From Verrucomicrobiia bacterium (GTDB lineage Bacteria > Verrucomicrobiota > Verrucomicrobiia > Limisphaerales > UBA11358): 64,000 nucleotides of DNA. Of this stretch, positions 36,219 through 44,970 are shown piece after piece. Below the pieces are notes generated by a model that saw only the letters and a program-made list of their open reading frames with translations, searched no databases and was not told where the DNA came from. The stretch is from the NCBI GenBank assembly GCA_030038175.1, contig JASHPN010000372.1, positions 2,169 to 66,168 of the forward strand, in the 5' to 3' direction. Position numbers and translations under genes: made by a program. Every line of letters starts with the position of its first letter. Position 1 is the stretch's first letter.

Positions 36219-36773
36219 CTACGGTGAAGACGCGGCTTCAAGTGATTGCAGGTCCGGCCCAACCATTGCGCCGAGGTGGCAGCCGGCGATGTACAGAACG
36301 ACTCCGAAACTGACGGTGAAAATCAGCATCGCGGCAAATTCCCAAAAGTGTTCCGCCTCAAATTTTTTCAGGTTTGGGGCAAAGGCCACCATCGCAAATA
36401 GCGCGGCCAAAACGATGACCGCGTCCACGCTGGCCCGTTGCCAATAGCTGCCGCCCAGGTGCAGCCACATTCCAAATTCATCGAAGGTCAGGCCCATGGC
36501 CACGCCATAGAGCAGGGCCGTGATTTCCGCCCGCCGGCCCACCGGCCGCCGGAAAACGCTGTAACCGCACACCGCCGCCAGCAGGAAAATGCCGTAGTTC
36601 AAGTGATGAACATGCGTGCCCTTCAGAAAAAAATAAAGGTTCGGCATTTCCTTCGACATGATGAGGAAAACGCACACGCGCGAGAGCACAAACGTCACGA
36701 TAAAACCAAACAGCGTCCGCCGCGCCAGCTTGTGCGCGGTTTCACGCGGAATGGAATGCCCGTTTGCGGCCAT
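36219..36773 (-). CDS. Hypothetical integral membrane protein
   Basis: 184 aa with about five hydrophobic helices and conserved-looking HVHHLNYG and FDEFGMWLH segments. I do not recognise a family. Confidence 0.5.
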   Translation of the reverse strand: MAANGHSIPRETAHKLARRTLFGFIVTFVLSRVCVFLIMSKEMPNLYFFLKGTHVHHLNYGIFLLAAVCGYSVFRRPVGRRAEITALLYGVAMGLTFDEFGMWLHLGGSYWQRASVDAVIVLAALFAMVAFAPNLKKFEAEHFWEFAAMLIFTVSFGVVLYIAGCHLGAMVGPDLQSLEAASSP

Positions 36774-36859
36774 ATCAGCAGCTTCACGCGCATTTTATAA
36801 CCATTGGCCGGGGCGAAAAAGCGGAATTTGAACCTCTGTGAAAAAATTTATTTTTCCAA

Positions 36860-36888
36860 TTGACATACATTGTGTCTCAATGTATCGT
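36860..36888 (+). promoter_or_regulatory. Sigma70-like promoter with overlapping palindromic operator upstream of padR
   Basis: TTGACA (36860-36865), 17-nt spacer, TATCGT (36883-36888). Perfect 8-bp inverted repeat ATACATTG-TGTCT-CAATGTAT (36865-36885) spans the spacer. The PadR ATG at 36895 is only ~7 nt past the -10, which suggests a leaderless or very short-leader mRNA. Confidence 0.5.
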
Positions 36889-36894
36889 GCCTCT

Positions 36895-37227
36895 ATGATT
36901 CGCAAAGAACTCGTGGCAGCCTCCGCGGAACCGCTGATTTTATCGCTCTTGGCAAAAGGTGAGAGTTACGGTTATGCCATTATTCAGGAGGTCAAAGCGC
37001 GGTCCGGCGGGAAACTGCAATGGACCGACGGCATGTTGTATCCGGTCCTGCACCGAATGGAACAGCGCGGCCTGCTCAAATCGCGCTGGGGCCAGAGCGA
37101 AACCGGACGCAAACGCAAATATTACTCGCTCAAAAAAGACGGCAAAACCGCGATGGCCAAACATCACGAGCAGTGGTCGCTGATCCATTCGGTTTTGGCC
37201 GGATTACAAAAGGAACAATATGTTTGA
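36895..37227 (+). CDS. PadR-family transcriptional regulator
   Basis: The track ORF starts at a GTG at 36838. The ATG at 36895 (MIRKELVAASAEPLILSLLAKGESYGYAIIQEV...WTDGMLYPVLHRMEQRGLLKSRW...RKYYSLKKDG) gives the typical ~110-aa PadR winged helix. Confidence 0.88.
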   Translation: MIRKELVAASAEPLILSLLAKGESYGYAIIQEVKARSGGKLQWTDGMLYPVLHRMEQRGLLKSRWGQSETGRKRKYYSLKKDGKTAMAKHHEQWSLIHSVLAGLQKEQYV

Positions 37228-37846
37228 CCTGGCGCAATCCATTGCGGAATGGCGGCGGCAAATGCTGGCCGCCGGAGTTAAAACGCCCGTGCCGCTGGAG
37301 GAATTGGAAGGCCATTTGCGCGAGGAAATTGAAAGACAGATGCGCGCGGGAATGGACGCGGCGTTTGCGTTCGACGCGGCGGTGAGGCAGATCGGCGAGC
37401 CGCCATTTATCAAAACGGAGTTCACGAAACTGCAACGGCAAGCGAATATAAAAACTATGAGAAAAATGCTTGTCGGCGTCGCCGCGCTGGCGGTTGTCTT
37501 TGCGGTCGGACTGGCTGGACTCTTTGTTTGGGCGCAGTGGCCGGTTTTGGCGCGCCAGCCAACCCGGTTCACGATAGCCGTGTCGGGTCAATCAGGATTG
37601 CCCTTTACCGGGGTTATCAAAGTGGACGCCAGCGCGATGTCAGTGTCCGGCGTTGCGCCGACGAACTATGTTGTCATCGGACGCGCGGTTGATTGCCGTT
37701 TCCAGAAGCAGCAAGCCGACGGCGTGCTGGGTGTTTGTTTGAGGATGAATTACTTAAACGGCACGGACTCGGTCACAAGTTCGAAGTCAGGCCGGGGAGT
37801 TGGCGCCTCAATGAGCCTTCATAATGGGAGTTGTTATTCATTTTGA
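37220..37846 (+). CDS. Membrane protein with PadR-associated N-terminal helical domain (paralog 1 of 3)
   Basis: 208 aa. N-terminus MFDLAQSIAEWRRQMLAAGVKTPVPLEELEGHLREEIERQM... is shared with the next two genes. One TM (LVGVAALAVVFAVGLAGLFVWA), then a distinct C-terminal domain. Overlaps the padR stop by 8 nt. Confidence 0.7.
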   Translation: MFDLAQSIAEWRRQMLAAGVKTPVPLEELEGHLREEIERQMRAGMDAAFAFDAAVRQIGEPPFIKTEFTKLQRQANIKTMRKMLVGVAALAVVFAVGLAGLFVWAQWPVLARQPTRFTIAVSGQSGLPFTGVIKVDASAMSVSGVAPTNYVVIGRAVDCRFQKQQADGVLGVCLRMNYLNGTDSVTSSKSGRGVGASMSLHNGSCYSF

Positions 37847-37881
37847 AATGTTCAAACCCAAAGATCGTGAAAAGGAACAAT

Positions 37882-38529
37882 ATGTTTGACCTCGAAACAT
37901 CTATTGCGCAGTGGCGGCGGCAAATGCTCGCCGCCGGAATCAAAACCTCGGCGCTCGACGAATTGGAAAGCCATTTGCGCGAAGAAATCGAACGCCAAAT
38001 GAAAGCAGAACAAAGTCAACCGGCGGCGTTCGAAATGGCTGTTGAAATCGTCGGCCGCGGCCGCGAACTCGGAAAGGAGTTTAAAAAGGCGGAGCCGATC
38101 AGCGCCCGGTTTACCAGACTATTGGGGATTGCCTGTGGCACAGTCGCCTTCCTGTTTTTGCTCTGGCTGTTTCCATTTTTGTTTGTGAATCAAACCGATT
38201 GGACGGCCAAAGCGCTGGGACTGGCTGCGATCGCCACTTCAGTGCTGGCGTGGAAATACAACTATAAGCTGCTCCCGGCCATTCCCAGCCAACTGGCGAG
38301 AACGGTGATTGGTTTTTTGTGCTGCGTGGGAGGCGTCGTTGGCATTCAAATATTTATCAAAGACGCTTATCCCGACCTGATGGCGCACCCGGCGGGAACG
38401 GACTTCCCGTTTAGCCGGCTCTTCATGGCATTCTTTTGGGCGTGGGCCGCAATGGCTTGTCTGGCGAGTATCGGCCGGGGACTGGAGAAGGCGGCGAATG
38501 ACCAACAGCCCGTGGTCAATTCACACTGA
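37882..38529 (+). CDS. Membrane protein with PadR-associated N-terminal helical domain (paralog 2 of 3)
   Basis: ATG at 37882 (MFDLETSIAQWRRQMLAAGIKTSALDELESHLREEIERQM...). The upstream 20 nt (AAAGGAACAATATGTTTGACCT) are identical to those of paralog 1. Four or more TM helices in the C-terminal part. Confidence 0.7.
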   Translation: MFDLETSIAQWRRQMLAAGIKTSALDELESHLREEIERQMKAEQSQPAAFEMAVEIVGRGRELGKEFKKAEPISARFTRLLGIACGTVAFLFLLWLFPFLFVNQTDWTAKALGLAAIATSVLAWKYNYKLLPAIPSQLARTVIGFLCCVGGVVGIQIFIKDAYPDLMAHPAGTDFPFSRLFMAFFWAWAAMACLASIGRGLEKAANDQQPVVNSH

Positions 38530-38537
38530 TACCATAT

Positions 38538-39089
38538 ATGTTTGACCTTGAATCAGCTATTTTAGAATGGCGACGGCAGATGTTCGCCGCTGGAATTAAA
38601 ACGCCTGTGCCGCTCGAGGAATTGGAGGGCCATTTGCGGGAAGAGATTGAGGAGTTGGTAAAATCGGGCATGGACCAGCAGAAGGCATTCGAAGCAGCCG
38701 TCGGCCAAATGGCGCCGGCCGAGGCGCTCAAAAAGGAATTTCGACGCACCGATTTTCTGAGCCGGCTGGGCGACGGCCGACAGACGCGCATCAACCGCAT
38801 TTTCGCATCGCTTTGGCTGGCCTGCCTTTCGTGGGAAGGCATCTACATTGCCTGGCAATTTTCCCGACTTGTATTTGGAGATCAACATTTCCTGGTCTCG
38901 CCCGGATTGTTCATGGCGTTCTTTTTCGAGATCATTTTTCTCTGGGGAATCGTTGCGAGTATCCGAATTTTAGGCGGAAACTATAAGGGTATTCGTCTTA
39001 GGGAGCCGGAAATTGAGTGGTTTCCTCCCTGCCCGTGCGGCCTGGAGTTTTGCGGTTGCCGTAACGGAATGAATGGCCCATGGCGATGA
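38538..39089 (+). CDS. Membrane protein with PadR-associated N-terminal helical domain (paralog 3 of 3)
   Basis: 183 aa. MFDLESAILEWRRQMFAAGIKTPVPLEELEGHLREEIEELV..., followed by two or three TM helices. The 3' end overlaps the convergent acyltransferase gene, so the C-terminus is uncertain. Confidence 0.6.
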   Translation: MFDLESAILEWRRQMFAAGIKTPVPLEELEGHLREEIEELVKSGMDQQKAFEAAVGQMAPAEALKKEFRRTDFLSRLGDGRQTRINRIFASLWLACLSWEGIYIAWQFSRLVFGDQHFLVSPGLFMAFFFEIIFLWGIVASIRILGGNYKGIRLREPEIEWFPPCPCGLEFCGCRNGMNGPWR

Positions 39090-40227
39090 TTGGCTTTTCG
39101 AAAAATCGCCAGGATAGCGATGCGAGAACCAATGTTATCGCCACGGCCAGCAGTTCGATGATGACATCCCCGAAACTTTCCAGGAGAGGCGGCTCACCCA
39201 GAACCAGGCCGTGCAACAGATCATTGACCGGCATATGCAAAAGATAAACGCCGTAGGAAATGATGCCCAGCAGCCGCAACGGCCTAAAGCGCATCACGCG
39301 TGCCACTGCTCCATCGCGATAGGCAACGCTTAAAAGAAGTAAAAGCGCGTAAAAGATTCCGAGAGCCGGAAAAAAGAAAAGATCGCGGGCCACCACATAG
39401 CGAGGGGAATTAATGAGCGGAGTCAGGCAAGCCGCCCCAAAGAGAAACAACAAAAACAAGGCGTACAGAGCCTGGCGGCTGGTCCTCAGCCGTTCCTGGA
39501 ACCAGTCCTTCCGAATCAACCAGGCGCAAATGATCCCGAGCACGAGAGCGTCTGCCTGCGTGGGCGCCACAAGAACTGCGAGCCAATACGCGCTCGGATG
39601 ATCGAGCCAAAGAAAGCAGTAGAACAGCGGATGGACGAAAACCACCGCAACGCACATTCCCAGAAGCCAATCCGGGCGAACCAGGCGCACGGCCAGAGGC
39701 AGGATCAGATAAAATTGTTCTTCGAGAGCCAGCGTCCACGTAACAATCAGCCAATTGGCCAAAATTTCCCCGGTTCCATGCGTCGTCACCTGAAAAATGG
39801 TTTGCAAAAAAATGAAATGGGTCCATAGGGGCACGCCGGAGGTAAACAGATTCTGATACCAAAACTGCGAAGTATGAGAGGATAATAACCGGCTGGCCGC
39901 CATGTACGCGAGGAGAATCAAATAATACAACGGCAGGATTCGGCAAATCCGGCGCACGTAGAAGGATTTGAAATAATGCGGGGCCTTGCGATGATCCAGC
40001 AAAATGCCGCCAATGAGAAAGCCGGACAAAACAAAGAACAAATCCACACCAGTGCTTCCCAAAGAAACCGTCTTTTTTATCACGTTGCCAAACTCCATTG
40101 TGTTCGGCATTAATTCAGCCGGGCTGTAAATAAAATGCTGGCAAAGAACGAGGGCGATGGCCAAACCTCTCACTCCATCCAATTCAGGGATTCGGGAATC
40201 ACTTTGTGCCTTATCCGGCATTTCCAT
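38998..40227 (-). CDS. Acyltransferase family 3 (OafA-like) integral membrane protein
   Basis: Preferred start is the ATG at 40227 (MEMPDKAQSDSRIPELDGVRGLAIALVLCQHF...), because the track start at 40344 would overlap the upstream GH76 gene. About ten TM helices, typical of acyltransferase_3. Confidence 0.8.
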   Translation of the reverse strand: MEMPDKAQSDSRIPELDGVRGLAIALVLCQHFIYSPAELMPNTMEFGNVIKKTVSLGSTGVDLFFVLSGFLIGGILLDHRKAPHYFKSFYVRRICRILPLYYLILLAYMAASRLLSSHTSQFWYQNLFTSGVPLWTHFIFLQTIFQVTTHGTGEILANWLIVTWTLALEEQFYLILPLAVRLVRPDWLLGMCVAVVFVHPLFYCFLWLDHPSAYWLAVLVAPTQADALVLGIICAWLIRKDWFQERLRTSRQALYALFLLFLFGAACLTPLINSPRYVVARDLFFFPALGIFYALLLLLSVAYRDGAVARVMRFRPLRLLGIISYGVYLLHMPVNDLLHGLVLGEPPLLESFGDVIIELLAVAITLVLASLSWRFFEKPIIAMGHSFRYGNRKTPGRTGREETTQFPAP

Positions 40228-40235
40228 TACCGGCT

Positions 40236-41300
40236 TCACTGTGCAGGCCGCTCCGCCGGCACAACCTGCAGGATGACGACCGTATCCGAACAATTCCAGG
40301 AGTCCAATATTCCGCCCGGCGTCTGCCAATTCCAGTCCTGCCACGATAGATCATCCGCGCGCCGGACGTGCCAGGCGGCATTGGCGTTATACGACATCCA
40401 ACGGTAAAACTGGGGCCAAAGATGGGCGTCGTTAAGAAACCGCGCCATCCAGCGCGCAAATATGCCGTTGAAACCGGCGGCGTCCCCGGACCCATAAGCC
40501 GGCAAGGTTCCGTCGCGAGAGAGCCTGTGGCAGGTAAAATTGGCCGCGAGCAACGCGTCATTGAAATAGTTGGTATCGCCCGTGAGTTTCCAGAGCAAAT
40601 CCGCCGCGCCGATGAAGGTGCCCTCATTGTAAGTGTAGGTCTTGTGGCCGACGTGGCCGCTGACGCGCATGTTGTCATAAATCGCGCCGGTATTGGTGTT
40701 AAACAGCGAACTTCGTTCCCAGGCGAACATGGCTTTCGCTTTCTCCAGATAGGAGTCGTCGTTGCAAATCCGGCAGAGCAGGCAGGCGGCGATGGCGCCC
40801 GGGCCGTTCACGCAGGCGTTTTTGCTTCGGTTATCGGTCGTCCAGTATAATCCGCCGCCCAGGACATTATCATCGCCGCGCATATAGACGGCGTCGAAAC
40901 TGTGCCGGGCCAAAGTACGATAAAGGTTATTGCCGGTGATTTGCCAGCCGCGCGCGCAGGCAATGGTCATCCACATAATATCGTCGTTGAACCTGTTTGT
41001 CGTCCAATCCGAGCCATGGCCGTGAATGAAACCGTTGATGGCCTGCTGAACCCTTTGGCGGGCGCCGTCGCTGTGGGTGCGGCCCCAGGCATCTTCGATC
41101 ATTTCAATTTGCTCGGCGCGAATCCAAAAATGAGAATGGCCGCCCTCGGTGTTCTCCTTGAAATACGCAAAGCCATTGTTGCCGATGGCGTAGAAATGCG
41201 CGTTGTAGGCGTTGAACGCGATGTCGGCATCACGCGACTCGAAGGCGCGCGCTAACAGTGCCTGGCTCAAAAGAACCGCAAGCACACAAAAAATTTTCAT
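40236..41300 (-). CDS. Secreted glycoside hydrolase, GH76-like (alpha-1,6-mannanase family)
   Basis: 354 aa with signal peptide MKIFCVLAVLLSQALLARA. (alpha/alpha)6-type repeats with GH76-like segments (FWIRAEQIEMIEDAW, NDDIMWMTIACARGW, GGGLYWTTDNRSKNACVNGP, YTYNEGTFIGAADLLW). The family call is from memory of motifs, not a search. Confidence 0.65.
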   Translation of the reverse strand: MKIFCVLAVLLSQALLARAFESRDADIAFNAYNAHFYAIGNNGFAYFKENTEGGHSHFWIRAEQIEMIEDAWGRTHSDGARQRVQQAINGFIHGHGSDWTTNRFNDDIMWMTIACARGWQITGNNLYRTLARHSFDAVYMRGDDNVLGGGLYWTTDNRSKNACVNGPGAIAACLLCRICNDDSYLEKAKAMFAWERSSLFNTNTGAIYDNMRVSGHVGHKTYTYNEGTFIGAADLLWKLTGDTNYFNDALLAANFTCHRLSRDGTLPAYGSGDAAGFNGIFARWMARFLNDAHLWPQFYRWMSYNANAAWHVRRADDLSWQDWNWQTPGGILDSWNCSDTVVILQVVPAERPAQ

Positions 41301-41412
41301 TTAACGGCGGCAAGAATGGCATTTTATCGGGAGACATTGAACCGTTTTCTTCCTATGATTCAATTGACCGGATATTCGAAATGTTCAAAATGTTGACGCG
41401 CCCGGCGATTCT

Positions 41413-42156
41413 ATGCTCCGGTTTTTGGTTATCACTTTTTTGCTGCTTTTGTGCTTGAGAGCGTTTGCAGACACAAATGAAACGCTGGTTTCAGATTACG
41501 CGCCGTATTGGCATGGCAAGCCATGGCCGCGTTGGCCTGTGGTTGCCTATGTTGAAACCGCGTCGAATCTTTGGGTCCATCCTGTTGATCCAACGCATTT
41601 TCCAACGATACAGGAAACTTGCGAGCCCGATTCGGATTTCACCACCGTTACTTTGAGGCTTCCGAATGGAACCCTATACAAAACGTATAATGATTTTGTC
41701 CTTGGGCCGGGACTGACGGCGGTCTATTCGGGTGATCTTAATAATGATGGCAAGCCGGATTTCATTGTCGTCAAATATGATGGGGGTTGTGGTCTGGCGG
41801 CTGAGTACGAAACCGGCCTATTTGCATTTTCCGACGGAAACGATTATCGGCTCACACGCGTCCGAACAATGGATCTCAGCCCGGATGATCTAGTGATTGA
41901 TCCCAAAACCAAACAATTTCGATTTATCCAGACCTCGTTCCGGCAGGGGAAAGCGTTAGATGGCGAATATCATAGTTTTTGGATTCACCGATTTTATATG
42001 TGGCAAGGAGTACATTTTCAAGAGGATTCAGCGACCCTCCCGGTTTGGATTCAGTATTTGGATCGGCCCAATCATGAGCCAACAAAGTTGCTGACGCCGG
42101 CGCTCAAGCAAAAAGCATGGGATGAAGACCCGGATTTTAATAACATAGAATGGTGA
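41413..42156 (+). CDS. Hypothetical secreted protein (FG-GAP/VCBS-like DLNNDGKPDF motif)
   Basis: 247 aa with signal peptide MLRFLVITFLLLLCLRAFA. Single DLNNDGKPDFIVV motif. Lower GC than its surroundings. Confidence 0.55.
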   Translation: MLRFLVITFLLLLCLRAFADTNETLVSDYAPYWHGKPWPRWPVVAYVETASNLWVHPVDPTHFPTIQETCEPDSDFTTVTLRLPNGTLYKTYNDFVLGPGLTAVYSGDLNNDGKPDFIVVKYDGGCGLAAEYETGLFAFSDGNDYRLTRVRTMDLSPDDLVIDPKTKQFRFIQTSFRQGKALDGEYHSFWIHRFYMWQGVHFQEDSATLPVWIQYLDRPNHEPTKLLTPALKQKAWDEDPDFNNIEW

Positions 42157-42223
42157 CGGCGGTTTTTAATTGCTTTGGAAACCGCAGCCAGGACGGCGCG
42201 CGTCTCTCTCTGTGATTCAGGGT

Positions 42224-42417
42224 CAGAATATGTCGCCCCCCAACGGGGGCTCCGTTCTTTTTTTGGAAGTTTTCTACAAATATGCCGCCCCTGAACGGGG
42301 CTTGTACTCGCGCCAAAGGACCGTCAATAGCAAGTTTCAAGCGCCGTAGGTGCGATATATTTGTAGTATAAAAACAGCAAAACCCGCAGCCCCGTTAGGG
42401 GCGGCATCTTCTGTAAA
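42224..42417. repeat. Cluster of four ~28-nt hairpin-containing repeat units, two direct then two inverted
   Basis: Units: CAGAATATGTCGCCCCCAACGGGGGC (42224-42250) and CTACAAATATGCCGCCCCTGAACGGGGC (42273-42300) on the top strand. On the bottom strand, 42339-42366 reads CTACAAATATATCGCACCTACGGCGC and 42387-42417 reads TTTACAGAAGATGCCGCCCCTAACGGGGC. Each unit contains a GCCCC-N5-GGGGC-type hairpin. Confidence 0.7.
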
Positions 42418-42516
42418 CAAAAATCAAGATGCTTTACAGGGAAGCGGATAATGTTCAATTAGTGGCGCGACGAATGGCATTTTTTAATTGCATTGCCCCG
42501 CTTTCTTCCGGCACGT

Positions 42517-43290
42517 TTATTTCACCGCATATGTCACATTCTCGGGGCCAACCGCGAGCTTGATATTTTTGTCGCTGACCTTCATCAACCGCACCGGAAC
42601 AACGTCGTTATCTATGGAAAGGACGACGCCTTCGTCCGGAGAGAGCGTGTAATCCTTCGCGTGGTATTGAATGGTCACTAACGAACCGTTTGCGGCTTGA
42701 ATGACGCCTTTGATGGAAATTGCCGTCCACACTTTGTTTGCCAATTTCTTCTCCTGAGGATCCGGTTGCGCCGTGTCATTTGTATGTTGGACTGGACGCG
42801 GCGCCTGCGCGTGTGCCATCGGCGGGGAATTGGTGTTATCGTTAAAATTAAAATCGTACGGGTCCGGCGAAGCCTTCGGGTGAAAATTGAACGGTATGTA
42901 AGCGGCGATAATCCAGCTCAGGCACCGTACCAGAGCGTAAGAGATTCCGACCGTGAAGGTCGCGTCCGGATACAAGGAACTGCGCGTGATTTTCCAGACA
43001 CAAAGATATAGCGCCGGCACGGCGATGAAATGGCCGACCAGCGGGACAGTATCAATGGCCCCGCCCAGAAATGCCGCGCCGACGAGCGGCCATTTTTGGT
43101 AATAAAGCTTCTGGACATGGATCAATCCCCACATACAACCCAGAAGCACAAGCGAGCGAAAAACAAAGCTGACGGCAAGGGCGGCAACCACGAGTGTGCC
43201 ATGGCTCATGTGCAGATGTTGTAACAGGGTGTTCATTTTCACCTGATATTCCCCGCAAACACCATATCGCAGGGGATTCCACGTCAGCAA
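42517..43290 (-). CDS. Hypothetical membrane protein
   Basis: 257 aa; an alternative ATG at 43236 is possible. Four hydrophobic helices in the N-terminal half, a Pro/Asn/Asp-rich linker, and a ~90-aa C-terminal beta-rich domain. I do not recognise a family. Confidence 0.5.
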   Translation of the reverse strand: MLTWNPLRYGVCGEYQVKMNTLLQHLHMSHGTLVVAALAVSFVFRSLVLLGCMWGLIHVQKLYYQKWPLVGAAFLGGAIDTVPLVGHFIAVPALYLCVWKITRSSLYPDATFTVGISYALVRCLSWIIAAYIPFNFHPKASPDPYDFNFNDNTNSPPMAHAQAPRPVQHTNDTAQPDPQEKKLANKVWTAISIKGVIQAANGSLVTIQYHAKDYTLSPDEGVVLSIDNDVVPVRLMKVSDKNIKLAVGPENVTYAVK

Positions 43291-43500
43291 GTTACATGCC
43301 TTTAAAGCCCCTCGGACAAACCGCTGAAGCGGTTGCGAACACAGGCGGTTGGCAAAACACCCCGCTGACGAGGTGTGTCAATGGTATCGCCGGCCAGGCT
43401 GCTCGCGTGTAGATGCGCCGCTCCCCGAAAACTCTATTTGACAGGCATTCCGGGAATGTTTCATTCTATGCCTGTAACTTAAACCAAAGACCAAAAAATT

Positions 43501-43980
43501 ATGGCTATCAAGGCAGGTTCCAAGGCTCCGGATTTCACGCTTAAATCCAAACAGGCGTCGGGCCTGGTGGATGTGAGGCTGAGCAATAACTTCGGCAAAA
43601 AGAACACCGTGCTGCTGTTTTTTCCGGCGGCGTTTACGAGCGTTTGCACAAAGGAAATGTGCGATATCAGCGCCGGCCTGAATGCCTTTACGGGCAGCGG
43701 CGCGGAGGTCATCGGCATCAGCATAGACACGCCCTTTGCGCAGGAGGCCTGGGCGCAAAAGGAAAAAATCAGCATCACCCTCGCCAGCGATTTGAACAAG
43801 GAAGTCATCAAACACTACGATGTGGTGTTTCCCATGCTGGCCGGCGTGGGCGATACGGCGGCGCGCGCGGCATTCGTGATTGATAAGAACGGCGTCGTGC
43901 AATACAGCGAACAAACACCCACGCCCAAGGATTTGCCGAACTTCGACGCCGTGAGGGCCACGCTCGCGAAGCTAAAGTGA
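43501..43980 (+). CDS. Peroxiredoxin (AhpC/TSA family, AhpE/PrxQ-like)
   Basis: 159 aa. Peroxidatic Cys context FFPAAFTSVCTKEMC. Downstream VIGISIDTPFAQEAWA ... FVIDKNGVV. Confidence 0.88.
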   Translation: MAIKAGSKAPDFTLKSKQASGLVDVRLSNNFGKKNTVLLFFPAAFTSVCTKEMCDISAGLNAFTGSGAEVIGISIDTPFAQEAWAQKEKISITLASDLNKEVIKHYDVVFPMLAGVGDTAARAAFVIDKNGVVQYSEQTPTPKDLPNFDAVRATLAKLK

Positions 43981-43987
43981 GTTTTCG

Positions 43988-44114
43988 GAGCGCGGCTGTG
44001 TGCGAAAGCACCAGCCGCAGCAGCCCGACAAAGCCTAAACCACCGTGCTTCGTGCAGGCATCCCGGACGTGCGCGCTGCGACTGATCCCCCCGTGCGGGA
44101 CACAGTCGCGCTCC
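43988..44114. repeat. MITE-like non-coding element with inverted termini (short variant)
   Basis: Termini GAGCGCGGCTGTGT...ACACAGTCGCGCTC match 13/14 as an inverted repeat. Shares the left arm (…CCAGCCGCAGCA…) and right arm (GCTGCGACTGATCCC…GGGACACAGTCGCGCTCC) with 54769-54898. Lies between convergent gene ends. Confidence 0.75.
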
Positions 44115-44126
44115 CATTCTGCGGTC

Positions 44127-44969
44127 TTACGATTTAATATCCCGAAACTGGAACCAGGCCACGCCGCCGATGAGAAAGGTCAGGCTGGCGCCGGTCAATA
44201 TTCCCAGCGACTCGCCAATTTGCCACCAGGGAATGTGCGGTTGCAGCACCCTCTGCCAAACATTCAGGTGATAGCCGATAAAACACGATTGCAGGTCGTG
44301 GAAATAGGGGATTTCCATCAGGATCCGATCAATCAGGAACAGGGACAGCGCCAGGATGGCGGCGGCGGCCGGCTTCATGTTCCAACATGAAAACATAAAG
44401 GCCAGGCTCATAATCGTAATCGCCTTGATTACCAGAAACGCATGCGCCAGCACAAAATGATTCAGGCCGTCTCCAAAGGTGAAAATGCCAAGGTCCTGGT
44501 CCGGCACCTGGGTGAATAACCCGCCGGTCACCGGAAAAAACAGGCCGCAAACCATCAGGCCCCCCGTCATCAGCAGGAACACCAACACCCCGGAAAAAAT
44601 GCAGCCGGCCAGCCATTTTAAAATCAACAACCGCAGCCGCGAAACGGGGCGGGACAAAATCATCCGCAGCGTTCCATCTTCCTCTTCCTTGCTCACCAAA
44701 TCCCCGCCAATCAGGGCCACGTAAAGCGGCAGCATCGTATAAGCCAGGATCACGACGATGACCGAGTCCACCGTGAGCATGGACAGATAATTGGAAGCCG
44801 CAAACCCCTCGCGTTCCACCACGCGGCTCAGCGACCGGTGCGCCGGCGTATAAAACCGCAGGAGCACAACAATCAGGACCTGCGCCAGCAGCAACATCGA
44901 AAAGCCAATGTACGTCCGCTGCTTGCCGAACAGTTTCCAGAGTTCATTTTTGAGCTGGAAAAAAAACAT
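44127..44969 (-). CDS. ABC-2 type transporter permease
   Basis: 280 aa with six hydrophobic helices. Starts 1 nt after the ATPase gene stop. Confidence 0.75.
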   Translation of the reverse strand: MFFFQLKNELWKLFGKQRTYIGFSMLLLAQVLIVVLLRFYTPAHRSLSRVVEREGFAASNYLSMLTVDSVIVVILAYTMLPLYVALIGGDLVSKEEEDGTLRMILSRPVSRLRLLILKWLAGCIFSGVLVFLLMTGGLMVCGLFFPVTGGLFTQVPDQDLGIFTFGDGLNHFVLAHAFLVIKAITIMSLAFMFSCWNMKPAAAAILALSLFLIDRILMEIPYFHDLQSCFIGYHLNVWQRVLQPHIPWWQIGESLGILTGASLTFLIGGVAWFQFRDIKS

Positions 44970-44970
44970 T

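Noticed and set aside
42224-42417. Possible CRISPR array
   Set aside because: There are only four units, in both orientations and with irregular spacing. No cas genes are in the window. It was classed as a dispersed or inverted hairpin repeat instead.
43448-43476. Promoter/operator upstream of the peroxiredoxin (TTGACA-17-TCATTC, with CAGGCAT...ATGCCTG inverted repeat and a TTCCGGGAA palindrome)
   Set aside because: The -10 match is poor and the inverted repeat is short. It is plausible, but too weak to list as a feature without transcription-start data.
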